Source: Tubiluchus corallicola | Lineage: Eukaryota; Animalia; Priapulida | NCBI GenBank assembly: GCA_030141605.1 | Contig: JAQGDQ010000518.1 | Span: 93,078-157,077, forward strand | Direction of reading: 5' to 3' | DNA length: 64,000 nucleotides | Shown here: piece after piece, positions 14,301 through 27,202 of the stretch | How the letters are laid out: every line of letters begins with the position of its first letter | How positions within the stretch are numbered: position 1 is the stretch's first letter | Program-made: the position numbers and the translations under genes | The notes under the pieces: model-generated | What the model saw: only the letters and a program-made list of their open reading frames with translations | What the model was told of the DNA's origin: nothing | Database searches by the model: none

Positions 14301-17300
14301 AATCTGAAAAATGCTATTTAAAAGCGATTTCAATCTTTTTTTTCATTCAAGAGTTCATCTTGCTCTTCTTTCTATGGCTTATTATCACGAATGAGAGAAA
14401 GATGATTTCATAGTGCCTCATACAAGTGTTCAGTGTGTTTCACTTGATCTGCCTATAGAGAAATATCAAAAGAAAGGAAAATATGCAATGCTGAACTTTA
14501 GTAAAGACTTAAAGACCAATTTTAATGTTTTCTAATTCAAACGGAATTGAAGGAACAAAACAAGAGATATCCCAAAGACAATTACATAAAATGTAACAAA
14601 CAAAACAACAAACAAAATCCTTCTTTTACGATGGATATTTCAGTAAGTAATTTAAAGAATTTTGGATACCAAGAGTGAAAAATACAAATGATGAAAAACT
14701 ACAATAACTACTGCTATGAATGTGCCATATAATACATGACACAGCACAACAATAACAAAAATAACAACAACAACAATGACAAAAACAATAACAACAACAA
14801 CAACTTCCATCAAACAAGTATTTTGTTATAAACCACAAAAACATGTGCTGAATTTTTCAAAAAAAATTAACCAGAAATTTCAGATGGGACTTTACAGATA
14901 TTTTTGGTATCAGACAATTTCGCTCTTCATGATATGAAACAGTCCTAACCAATTAATTGATTCTGATTTTTGTGTTTGTTCTACATACTGACAACAGCGA
15001 GTAAATAAACTCTAGGCATTAATTCCTCCCTGCTCATGCTGCAAATCCTTAACCAGAAGAAAAATATTTCAAGGTTACTGTACTAACGTTAGTCTGCTTA
15101 TCATATTTCATTAGTCTTAGCTCAAAACTTATACAATGTGATTATATTTCATAAACATTTTATATAACTTTAAAACTGGTTTCTGCAAAATGTAAAAAAC
15201 ATACCAACTCCAAGAAGCGCTACCATTCCCACCAGGCTAATCCACACGATCAACCATGCCAAGCATCTCATTAATATAATCCACAATAATGAGAACAGCA
15301 TGGTGAATACTAAGCCGCTATAAATAAATTAAACATTTAAATTATGAGTATAAATGATTACAAATTACATAATCATTTATAAATTCAATTATACATGCAA
15401 ATGTAAGTGAGACAAGTAAACTATAGGCCATGTGAATCTCTTAGCCTTCTGTTCCACAAAAAATTCAGTAGCAATTTAAACTGTACCATGTACACAAAAA
15501 CCAATGGGTTTTAATTCATATGTGATTAAGCCACAAGAGTATGAAGTGAGGTTGACACCAAACCGGCCCACCACAGAGGTGGCTAGCTTAAATCAGACAT
15601 GACCCACATTTTCTTTTTCTAAACAAAAATGGGTTTTTATGCTCTTCCAACTCCAAGGTGATTACTAGAAGGTAGTATATCAACACTACTTTACAAAATC
15701 ATGAAATTCCATATTTATTGATTCGCAACAGGCAGATTATTACGAAAGACAATATGGTTAGTTAAATGATAAAATATTTTGGAATATCTTGAGAATTTTA
15801 AGTGTCTTGTTAATAGAAATTAGCAACACTTACATAAGTATAAGCCACCATGAGTCAACAAAATCCTGAAAAATTTTCTGTCCAAGACTCTGCAGGTTCA
15901 ATGCTTCAGAAATCCAACTAAAGTATAACAAAATAGACGAACATGTAGGTGAACATGAACATAGAAGAATATGTATGTGGAACATGAACAGAATAAATAG
16001 CTTAAAAAGAAAGGGATTTAAAATGTCTATCGTGAGTGTCTTGTTGTACATTTATTTAATCTAACAAAATGTTTCTATAAGAAACATGATTCCTGGGGTA
16101 CATGAGTATGTGCAACGACTTTGCACAAATCCAGAAGTGAGCTTCAGCAAATGGACAGAACAGTAAGTTCGATAATTGTGATTTACTACACAATGCCTAC
16201 TGCCAATGGTCATCAGTGGAAGATGAGCAAAAAGTTGCACTAAACCCCAGGAGGTGCATTTGCCAACTTATTAAAAGGTTTATCCGTGTTTAACAAAAAC
16301 AAAAAGTGAGCATCAGAAAACGTCGTCTCTACTCCAACCTCAATCAAATATAATGACTAAAAGTGAACTAGATCATGCAGGTGACAAATTCAGGTGAATG
16401 AAGACAACGTGCCACACAATTTAGAATAGATAACTGGGTTCACAGCTCAATCATGAGCCATTAAAGCCAAAATGATTTCATCTAATGTGTCTATTTGTAT
16501 TCACATTACATTTGGCAAACTTATTCATCAACTTTGGTATCATATTACGTTTGGCAAAATTATTCATCAACTTTGGCATAATATTACATTTGGCAAACTT
16601 ATTCATCACGTTTGGCAAAATTATTCATCAACTTTGGTATCATATTTTTAAGAACTGTCCAAAACACGTTCAGATTACTAGAATTTCAGGTGCTTCAAAT
16701 GTCCTTCATCATCTTTAAAAATTTACTTAAATTTAATAGCACTTACAACTGGAAATGTAAGAAATGAGCAATTTGACTGCTGAGTGTACAATACATAAGA
16801 ATTTTATTGGCATCAAACTTGACTTCATATGTGTACAGTAGCAATGACACAAAGCTTAAAACGTAGAAACAAAAATTCTCAATTACTGAGTACGAGTTTA
16901 CCATAAGATGAACAAAGTTGATTAACAGCAAAGAAAATTGAAAATCAAATTAATGAGGATATAACTGTGACCGAGGCCGATTCAGTAGATCTATGAGATA
17001 TTTTTCTCGCGTAAACTTAAATAGTAGTTTTTTTGAAGTCGCGCTAAATCTCCAGATTTTCGCAAGTTTTTCGATTAGTTGGTACTGTTAAACCATGCCG
17101 TCGGATCTGAGTGACAATCTCTTTCTCTTTACATGCACATGGTGAAGTTAACCGGACAAGTAGTGACAGATTAACCATAGTAGTAACGTGTTATTTATTA
17201 TCATATAAAGGATAATTACAGTGTGAATTAGTGTTCTTATTGCTATTGAGTGCTTCAAGCTACTGTGTGTTAATCTTGAGTGAACGGACTATTGGTTCCG

Positions 17301-20300
17301 AAGCAATAACTGATCATTATATCATTATACCTACTTTTTATTACTACGAGTTTAAATCTAGACTATTTGTCTATGTAAAATCACCAATGAAAGACTACAA
17401 TTGGTCTATAGCGGAATTCACTATCGATTAAGGTGAACTCGACCAGTGGAAGTGAATATTTATTCAGACACCGTAAAAGAGGAACGTATGAAATGCCTTA
17501 TGAATGGAAAAAGAAGACTTACATAGTTCCATCTTCCATCTCAGATAATGTGACGTCATTACCTTCCTGATCAGTAACAGTTTCACCATTAATAACTAAA
17601 GTACTATTTTCCTCGGGTTTCTCTGTATTGATATCATCATCAAATATTTGAGGTATGCACCTACCTAGAACTGCAAAGTTAAGAACTGATTATAAAATGA
17701 AAAATCAATCACTCTGCCTAAAATCACCATTAAACGTTGTCGATGTTATATTTGTGAAGTTATATTTTGTAATTAAATTTTAATTTTACGCTATGTAAAT
17801 ATGTAACTTTTACCTCTTTTATTCAGTTTTTAAAAAAATTAACTTTCGTAATTTTCTTTCTAGTTTAACGCTATTGCCTACATCAGTCTTTGACTGGTTA
17901 TACATATAATATTTTCATGTATTTTATCATACCTGTAAATGTGTATAATTTATGCAATAAAGATTTTATATATATATGTACAGACTTTGTTTATATATAT
18001 ATAAACAAAGGTTCATTCAAAGTACAACTCATAATACATGGTGCACAATTATGATTAATAATTAGGGGACGCACACAAGAGTTTAGGTACTTTGATTTCT
18101 GCTCACAGACGAAAAAACTTTTTATCATGTGTATCAGTAGAAATAACTAGAGAACCCTCAGTCAAGGGGCATAATTGCTTCGATGAGATTAACATAGTTT
18201 GGGATTACCACAAAGATGTATCTTCTGCATTGACACTTAAAATGATACTAAACTTGTGAGAAAAACAGCTGCCATCATATAGAACATGTGGCTGGTTGAG
18301 GTTAGAATTTTATACAGACAGAACTGGAAGGTTAATTTTTAATGGAAAAAATTTTCAACATGTCCGAGTTACTGGCTGATTCACAGATTAATTTAACGAC
18401 AGCATGTGTGCGTACAAATACTTCTTTCCAGAGAAGCCCTACAATTGGAACGGTCTTAGAACTTCAAATAACCATGCCCACAAGACGTTAGTAAGTGAAA
18501 TACCATACACAGTTCATATGGCGGGCGTCCAAATGAAAACGCGTTACTGATTATTGTTATCTGGAACCTTAATAATCAGTGGTAATTCATTCGGCTGCAT
18601 AAGATGATCTGTTATAACAGCATGAGTTGTTATACATGAATCTTTAAAAAACTGTAAAAATCCGAATCTGCACTCATTGATTCAAAAACTTATAGACTCC
18701 GAGCTTCAATCATGTCCTACCACTGTTCAAGGTATCAATGTATCAAAACAGTGATGACAGCAGACAGACAGAAGGAATAATTCTATAGTTGCCCACTTCA
18801 TCGGGGGCAATTATAAAAGCAGTAAAAAACCACGCGACCATTGGTTATGATGCATGGCTCAGACTTGATTAGCTGACAACTGTACCCTTTCTTAAAACAT
18901 GTATACACATTACTTTACATAGGAATTTGAGCCTGAATGCTCTACTAACTGACCTATTTAGCACTGCTTGCTAAAATGATTTGTTAATGCAGATTCACTA
19001 AAAATAAGAATTTGTGACACTAATGCACAAAAAACACATTTTTTTAGAAAAATATAGCGTAAATTTATGATATTAGTAACCATGAAATTAAATATTTCGA
19101 TGTAATTCAGAGCCTCCAAAAAGTTATAAAAATACAGCAAATGCTCCAAGGTTCTGCCTTGAACCCTTTTGGAGGTCTTAAGGCAGCTTCCCAATCTCTT
19201 CAGCTGGTATGTCATTCCTTAAAATTACAGTATGCACTTGGAGTTATATTTTTAAAGTTCAAGCTCTGTAGAAACTTACAGTCATGAACACAAAACTGGG
19301 TTCTAGAAACTAACTTAAAAGTTTGAAAACTGCGACAAATACAAGGATCAGTCACTATGTACTTCACACAACTGAAACCAGGTACATCCTGCAACACAGA
19401 TGCATATATCTCCGGATACTTGAGCTTGAACTTTTTTGAACCAACTAGGGTTTTTGAACAAGGTTTACTATTACCCGCATGCTAGAAATTAGAGTTAGGA
19501 TTAGGATTAGTATTAGGGTTAGGGTTTAGGTTAAGGTCAAGGTTAACGTTAAGGTTAGGATTACGATTAGGGTAATTAGAATGTATCGGGAATCGTAAAC
19601 TCCTTCCGAATTTTGATGTTTAGGCATGTTTTTGAAAGTCTTGTTTCATTTTTTCACATTTTTCATTACTTTCTCAGAAGTTCTTCTTGATATAATGTCC
19701 GCTCGTATCTTTTTCAACTCCATCTCGTATCTTGCTCAACTCACAAAATTAGAATGTGTTATATAATCTCGAGCTCGTCACAATGGCAAATAACTATTTC
19801 ACTGATTATATCCAAAGTGTTAAAAAACTTACGTGCCACACTCTTAAAGTAATATGGAGCACAATCACCATCTCTGACTAGTTGTTCTTTAGTCTGAAAT
19901 AATAGAAAACTACTATATCAAAAAAGATATTCAGATTTTTTGAAAAATACAAGACTGTATGATGATTGTGTATAAAACATTGCACAATTTGTACCACAAC
20001 ACTTTAAGCTGAAACATGAAAGTTCAATTACTATTACTAACATTATTTATTTTCGAACACAATGTACAGATAAGTTATATAAGTGGTTCAATTAAAAGAA
20101 ATTAGTAGACTAGTAGTGAAAGTAAAAATAAATATTAAACACAACAATAAAAAACAAGCACGGATATTATTTACACACAAGAAGACAAAGCAATTAATTT
20201 AGAAAGACACCACATATTCTAACATTTCTCTCAATTGATACTTTGATAAAAATTAAAATTCTTGTTTTCAATACAACTTATAAAATCTCTGGCTAAGGTT

Positions 20301-21168
20301 ATTGTCGCTAGCTACGAGAAACTTAACTCGCATCTTTTTACAATTTTACGAGATAATACATGAAAATTTCTAAATACATCTTTTAGGGTAACATTATTTT
20401 CTATAAGAATTTTATACAGGTTGAAACCCATTATTGAGTTTATGTCACATAACGTATGTTTGGCTATAAAGTTAGTTGTCGAGTTACTACTATTATTATA
20501 TGCTACATAGAATTTATGAGACAGTTTTGCAAAGTGCTTACTAGGCTAAATGGTACATGAAGGGTTTTCTAGAAATTCTGATACCGTAGAATAAATAACC
20601 AATGCTGCATAACTGATAGTGAGAACACCTTTCTTACTTTATTAAAAAAATAATTGTCAATGGGGACCTGCTAAAGGTACCTGCAGGAGGGCGTTACGGA
20701 ATGGTCTCTAAGAATGGGTCAAATATGCTTTATCTAAGAAATTGACATTAACAAAACAGTAAATTCACCTCTGCAGCATGCAGTAAATTGATGACCACAC
20801 AAGTTGACACCGACTGCATCATTATTGTTATAATTATATTTGTTGACAGCCAGGACTGAAAAACCAGGGCTTGTACCCTAAATGTTATTCGTTATTTGTG
20901 TGTTGCGTCTTTACCTGTATTGTTGCAAGTGTAAGTCGTTAAATAGCGTCTTTGTCTTTTGTCACTTTATTCAACAATAAAAGAAATCTTGTTTGCATAA
21001 GTGGCCAAAATAAGTAAATAAATTTGCACATTGCAAAAAAATTTCAGACAAAACATCATTGCATTCTGTTTAACTCACTTTAAAGCAGTCACCAGGTTAA
21101 TAGTGGGGTGGGGTGAAGAAGAGCATATAGATAGATTGAAAGACAGAGAAAGAGAGGGGAGGGGGAGG

Positions 21169-21230
<62 letters not shown>

Positions 21231-21304
21231 GGAGAGAGAGAGAGAGAGAGAAACAGACAGACAGAGGGAGGGACAGACAGAGAGAGAGAAACAGAGGGAG
21301 AGAC

Positions 21305-21336
<32 letters not shown>

Positions 21337-24300
21337 GGGAAATAGAAGAGAGGAAGGGAAAGAAGAACAGTGGAAAACGTACAAACCTACAAAAGAAGAA
21401 AAAGAAAAAAATTACAGGCAAATAACACAGAACATTTATATTTCTAATTATTTAACAGGAAAAATTGCAGAATGTCTACAGTTTGCAGTTAAGCTAACAC
21501 AAGCACCTTGCCACTTGTAGTAGGATCCACATTATATTTACAGATCAAATCATTCAGTGATGTAGTGCTCGCTGTAGAAATGATACTTCTTGATGGACAC
21601 TCCTCTAAACAAACCTGCAATGAATTTAAATTTAAGTGAAGGAGAAAAAATCACAATCTAAAATTAATTTATAATGAATTATTTACTATTCTTATTTTAT
21701 TATTATTTATTTATTATCATGTTTCACTATTTGGTTATGAAGACATAAATGTTGTGAAATTAGTTTGTTAAGGTAAGTTTCTCAATGATTGAGAAAACTG
21801 CATAGTTCAGAGAGGATACGACAATCAGCATAATATTATCATTGCAAGACAACATATGGTCTTTGTAAGACAAAAATAGAAATCCTTACAAAACCACTCA
21901 GAAAACAAGATTGCTATCCATTTGAATCGATACATCTCAATCTAGATGTCATTCTATTAGTGAACTACAATCTCTTGCCAATTTTGCTATTTTTGCCGCA
22001 AACTAGTATAGTCATCAATAAACTAATTTATTCTATTTTCTATTTGATCGATCATACCAAAATGCAACTGATTCTTTTTTGACAAACACCCCGCCCCACC
22101 CTGTGAAATTTTGCTGAAATTCGTCCACACGTTTTTGAGTTAATGAGTGAACGAACAAATGAACCAAGAAACAGGCAGAATAAAGAACCAAAAATTTACA
22201 GATAAAGTCAACAATTTCTACAAAACCTTTGACAGAAAACTAAAATTGTCCAGAATCTTCACAAGAAGTTTTAGTAGTTTGAATGATAGCAGATGCCAAC
22301 AATTATAATATAATAATAACTAGAATATTATGTGAATTGCTGTCATTGCAAAAACAAAAGAAATAAATGATGAATCAACAAAGGAATGGATAAATGAACA
22401 GAAGATTGAATGAATAAATAATGAGATAAAAAAACAAATTTGACTAATATTAATAAATAAATGAAATGACAAATAAAACAAAAGTAAACAATTCAGGACA
22501 CAAATAAACAAACAAGTTTTAAGTACTATGCTGCTATGAAAATAAATCTACAATGAGATTATAATGTGACTGGTATTTAAGAGCACATCACAAAGATTAA
22601 TTTTTTACCTGTGGAGTTGGACAACCAGTTATGACACTGGTCAGCCTAGCACAGATAGTCAAGTCAAAGAAGAAAAGCACAGGCCTGTTTCTAAAAAAAA
22701 CAAGCAAGAAAAAAATCAACATTTTGTTATTACATAAATAAAATTTTCGAGACACAAAGGTAATAATTTAATAAATGACAACAGACTGGAAAAGCTAAAA
22801 GTAAGCTTACAATCACAAATTAAGTTTTTCCCAACGAATAGTATCAGGGTCATGAACAAATGTCTACATGTTTAAATCCATCATTAATGGATAAGCTAAG
22901 GTAAATGCCAAATTTTCCATACAGTACTCATAACTGGACGGACTCATCACCAATCAAATTTGTTTGGATTTTTAAGTAGTTGAGCACATTAACTCTCAGC
23001 AAGACAATAAATGGATGAAAAAAATGAATGGGTTATTAGTTTCTTTAGGCACCAACATTTATAATATTTTTAAGTTTGGCGTGCCAGTTCTTTTTTAAGC
23101 ACTATTAACTCACTAGCGTTAGCTACTCAACTTGGGCGAAAACACAGTGTTGACTATCTGAGACATACCAAGCTAGCAAGCTAGTTAATTAAGCTTTTCT
23201 TAATCTACAAGACAATTACTAACGTTTACTTTAATACAGCCAAACAGTTGTAATTAACATTTAAACATTTACAGATACATTAACATTTTTGCATGCAGAT
23301 TTAACTTCAACTAAAATTTGTTAGCTTCAGTCATTTTAGTTAACTTACTCAAAAAAATCACCATCATCCCCTGGTTTTTTATGCCCACAAACATTTCCAT
23401 ATGAATCAGTTGGAAATACTAGAGTAGCTGGGTCACCTTGTAAGAAAGCTGAAAAAGAGAAAATTATTCCCGCATTATCGCTTTGCAATTAGTTTGCCAG
23501 GTAAAGAAGGATTCTTTTGTTACAATAACAACTTGTGTGCTTGCAAACCAAAATCGCCCATAAGTCGGTGTAGTTAACACTACGTCATTATGCATCAAAG
23601 TAAAATGCACCAAACATTTGCTCATTTTTTTGTTTTTTATAAAAACAAATGCTAAGTATATTGGAGTTTTATATACTACAATCAAATTATCAAGAAAATG
23701 TTCAAAAAAGACTAAAAAATCTAGTTTTATAATCCCATACTCACTTCTCTGGCTATAAAATTCTACTAAAATTGAGAAAAAAAACTGATATTTTCAAACT
23801 CCAATGGCAGCTTCTGGAAGCAGTCATGTTGCTTCAGGTTTTTTTCTGAAAGTTTCTTCGTCTGGAAGAGCCATCTACTGCATTTAAACATAACTTCAAT
23901 GTGTTTTTGCAAAGTCCATAGCAACTAACATTTGTACGGTTGCTAAGTGTTTTGTAGAAATGCAATAAGAGACAATGGCTAACTTTAACAACAATTTTCT
24001 CAAGATTAAGTTTCCAGTGCATAGCCTTGCACTTCAACTTCAACGTGGATTATCTCAGCTTAGAAATAACACAGAGTGAGGAGCTTGGTATCAAAATGAT
24101 TCTCATGAAATGCAGATTCAGGATATGTGAATAACTAGAAAAGCTCAAGTGCCAACTTTCTGCTATGCAAGCACACTTTTAATAAATTTAACAACACTGC
24201 ATAAACTGTGTAATTTACTTACCAAGATATATATGTAGGTATCAATAGTACATTCTATTGGTACATATTTGCATTGGACTAGGTTTTATTTGTGTTCAGT

Positions 24301-26596
24301 TTTAACAAATGGTAAGAACTAATTCTAAGCACCACCCTTGTTTGCAGAAGTAGCAAATATGAACAAGGAAGTTAGCAGAAATATACGTGCAGTGCTACAG
24401 TGGCAAAATAGTCATATACGTGAATGATCTCCATAAAAACCTAGGCGATACTAAACATGAATGTTGAAACTATATTTTAACCTTTGCCTACTAAGACTGG
24501 GATTGCCTATTCATGTATTGTTGAATTTATTAAAGGTAGCCACTGTTGTTGGAATCTCTTCAGACAGCAGTAATCAACAAAAAAATGATTTGGCAAGCTG
24601 ACAAAAATACCTTTCTTTCTATTTTTCCCACAAATCCCATGCGTAAGTAAAAATGCAGTATCAAATGGATGTATAAAGATGACTGGAAAACAGTAATATA
24701 TGCCAAAGCAGATATAACAACGAATAACAGTAAAACTGACATAATAAGCACATGATAATGACAAAAACAAAATTTTCATATCGATATGATAGGCCTAATC
24801 GATAATCACTATTATTGGATGTTGTTGGTGCGAATCATCATCGTTAACATCCATATTATAAGTCAAGTGCAGTAAATTAGCCTGAGTAAATGAATAAGAA
24901 CAATCTCTTAGAGCTCTGTTTTAGATAGGTAAAAACTAAAAGAAGAACAAAAAAGCTGCTACTAATTAAAGAGATGATTCAAACTATTTGGTAAAACAGT
25001 ATTACCCAACACTCCAATTGCTGCCCATCCGGCAATGAACAACAGGAACAGAAAGCAGCAAAGCACATCAGTACAGCCTCTACAAAACAAACACAAATGA
25101 CTATGTAATTATAGGGGTATTATAAATGGCACATGAAGGTTTCAAGCAAGTGTGCAAAACAAAATTTAATCAATCGCTGTTTTAAAATGCCTTGATCACA
25201 TTTTACCTGTTATAGTTCATATACAATTAGATTTTACTTGCCTACTGTACAGTACCAACGAGAAATCAAAATGCTCGAACAATCAGAGGCAGGATGAATC
25301 TAGCTAAGTCAGCAAAGTAGTCACACCTTTATGACCCAAGTTAGGCATCACTGAAGTTGGTGAGTGAATGGACGAGCGACAACATTTAACAGTCACTCTA
25401 GGCCAATTTATTCTCAATATTCCCACTGTTTACCTTAAACAGGGAGAGCGTACATCAGAATGCGAATTAAATCTGTCACAGACTACATAGAATTTCTTCT
25501 GAAGAAACAATTAATTAACTGAACTGCCCAAACAACTTCTCAGAATCTTAAAGAGTGTTTTTCAAGATTGCCTTGGTGTTATTTCAATTTTTTGAATAAA
25601 GTTATTTGTTGCACCCAGAGAAGACATACAGTTCCATAGAATGAATGACAACAGTGAAAAACTTGCCTGTTTTTTATAGGTCCATTAAACGTTGGATCAA
25701 ACTTCACTGGTTCACCTATATAAACAGAGAGGAACTGTACTTACTCATTTTAATGTACAATCAAAATCACACCCGCATAAAATAGTTTTGTCATAAAGAG
25801 GCCACAATAACAGTAATAACCAGACAAAACTCCAACTTTGTTCAGTACAAAGTATTGTGTCAATTTACATTGCATCTGCATTTGCAATTTACTTCTCCTC
25901 AAATGATTTCACATTGACAGAGACAAGTTTAGCAGAAGCCACCAGCAGCAACTTACTTTGTATGCATTTGTTTTACTTTGACTTTTAGAATATTATAGCT
26001 GCTTATATTCACACAATAATAAAGCAACACACTAAATTCTGTTTTTGCCTACAAAGTATAAACAAATTTATTAGAAATCAAAGAACTGCACAGACGAATA
26101 TTGATGTATTAATAGAAAGGCATCTGTAACATTGTAGGTGTTTTGCGTTGTAAAATTTAGTTAAACTACAAAACGTGCACCAAAAGTTGTTCAAGGTGGG
26201 ACGTTCAATTGGTCACCTTCAGATAAAAAAACAACTGATTTAGTAGTATAATTTGCAAAAACATAACCATGCCTATCTGCTCTTGAACCTACTCGTGCTC
26301 TTTAACAAAATTAATCATACATTATTAGCAACGAGTGAGTTCATTCAGCAGGATATGTAGCATTAGTGACAAAGCAGAGGTGATTTAAACTAGACTAAAA
26401 CAATGTTTCAGAGAGTACTGACTAGACCGCACAGTCCGCACACTAATGAACAGACACATGTAACAGGCATACTCAACATCCTTCCTAGTTTCTATTAGTC
26501 ATCAGCAATACAAATAGCTTCCCATAGATGTAGCTACATCTAGAAAATACCTTTCGAAGAAACCCACCCACACATATACACAGTATTACACACACG

Positions 26597-26655
<59 letters not shown>

Positions 26656-27202
26656 CATAGGTAATTTTCTTTGATAATAGAAATTAGAAACAAAATTACA
26701 CAGTTTCTGGTTCTAGATTTTAAAACATAGCTTTAAGTCAGTCTCATTAAAGCTTCTAAGAATTACAATTTTAGTTTTGAATGTCTTAATTTAGCATGTA
26801 GAAGTTCTATTTGATGGTTATCTCCAGCTATGAATCCTGTGATTGCAATAAATGTTTTTAAATGCATGTATGAGTCCTGCTCAGTATGCACTCTTATTGG
26901 ATGATATGACATAAATCCAGTATTGCCAATAACAATAACATCAGCATGCTAACTCTTGCCTCAAAAGCTTTTGAGACGACAAACAACAAAATTTGGTCCT
27001 TTTCTTCACAATGTGACAAGTGACAAAGAATAAATTTTATATCACCAAAAAGCAAAATAATCTTGTGTTAGCAAGAAAAGGACCGACTCGGCTCGAAGTA
27101 TTAAAACCTTTTATTCTACATTGGCAGATCAGAGCTCTTACCATATTTATCTTCTGACTCATCTTCCAAATTCTCCACTTCATTTTCATGCTTTTTTGGC
27201 AT
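2331..27202 (-). CDS. SLC44A2: Choline transporter-like protein (SLC44 family, CTL2/CTL4-type); 20 coding exons, ~659 aa in window, C-terminal exons beyond the left edge
   Basis: Phase-consistent exons in transcript order: 27202-27142 ([11 protein letters not shown]), 25715-25667 ([16 protein letters not shown]), 25079-25006 ([11 protein letters not shown]), 23448-23349 ([18 protein letters not shown]), 22690-22609 ([16 protein letters not shown]), 21614-21507 (VCLEECP), 19893-19833, 17670-17523 (LGRCIP), 15917-15834, 15317-15205, 14227-14096, 12454-12355, 11238-11146, 9314-9233, 8494-8430, 7517-7341 ([15 protein letters not shown]), 6790-6592 ([31 protein letters not shown]), 5042-4969 ([21 protein letters not shown]), 3595-3525 ([16 protein letters not shown]), 2434-2331. 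These are hallmark SLC44 motifs. The A2 vs A4/A5 paralogue assignment is not resolved. An acceptor at 27229-27230 implies an upstream non-coding exon. Confidence 0.95.
2497..3170. repeat. 25-bp minisatellite (tgctgatttatgtaaacaatagtta)n, ~27 copies
   Basis: Period-25 tandem array read directly from the sequence. Confidence 0.95.
3641..4345. mobile_element. hAT-like MITE with attaca/tgtaat subterminal repeats
   Basis: Termini caggtctggcttcgattac / gtaattgatcccaggcctg; no clean TSD. Confidence 0.55.
5517..6314 (-). mobile_element. Tc1/mariner-superfamily deletion derivative with transposase remnant
   Basis: Imperfect TIRs caggtggtgcaaaaaaagtgtca / tcacattctttctgtgcccccct. ORF 5821-6015 contains [31 protein letters not shown], resembling the SPDLNPLD..W..LK..VY end of mariner-type catalytic domains. 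Confidence 0.7.
7674..8392. mobile_element. TTAA-flanked MITE (piggyBac-like)
   Basis: TTAA|ctccttcagga ... tcctgaaggag|TAAA inverted termini. Confidence 0.6.
9600..10279. mobile_element. Tigger/pogo-like MITE, copy 1
   Basis: TA|cagtaagtccttgcttaacgac ... gttaagtgaggacttacta|TA. Homologous, inverted, to 38253-38887. Confidence 0.8.
10391..10949. mobile_element. MITE-like TIR element
   Basis: Termini aaactgggtttcgcg / catgaaaccctggttt with internal tgcgac/gtcgc repeats. Confidence 0.5.
12150..12336 (+). repeat. Interspersed repeat, second copy at ~50020-50202
   Basis: Shared cgtcattg..gcgcccaagcgt..atcgcgac..tgattttactaattac..tttattactaaatc..tgaaataagc..ccagaag..tggcttt between the two loci. 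Confidence 0.7.
16505..16646. repeat. ~39-bp tandem repeat, 3-4 copies
   Basis: tttggcaaacttattcatcaactttggtatcatattac repeated. Confidence 0.85.
18145..18816. mobile_element. Helentron/DINE-like non-autonomous element
   Basis: Starts aactagag..ggggcataattgc and ends with (gaca)n, ctatagttgccc..gggggcaatt hairpin. The architecture is typical of such elements; the family assignment is inferred. Confidence 0.45.
21143..21340. repeat. (GA)n/GACA compound microsatellite
   Basis: Read directly. Confidence 0.95.
23535..24176. mobile_element. ~640-bp TIR element, copy 2 (inverted relative to 159-794)
   Basis: Ends gtgtgcttgcaaaccaaaatcg / tgctatgcaagcacac; the interior matches the reverse complement of 159-794. 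Confidence 0.75.
26588..26652. repeat. (CA)n microsatellite
   Basis: Read directly. Confidence 0.95.

Noticed and set aside
21031-21421. ER-rich and SL-rich ORFs (also 42863-43108, 37287-37475, 58009-58372)
   Set aside because: Translations of dinucleotide microsatellites.
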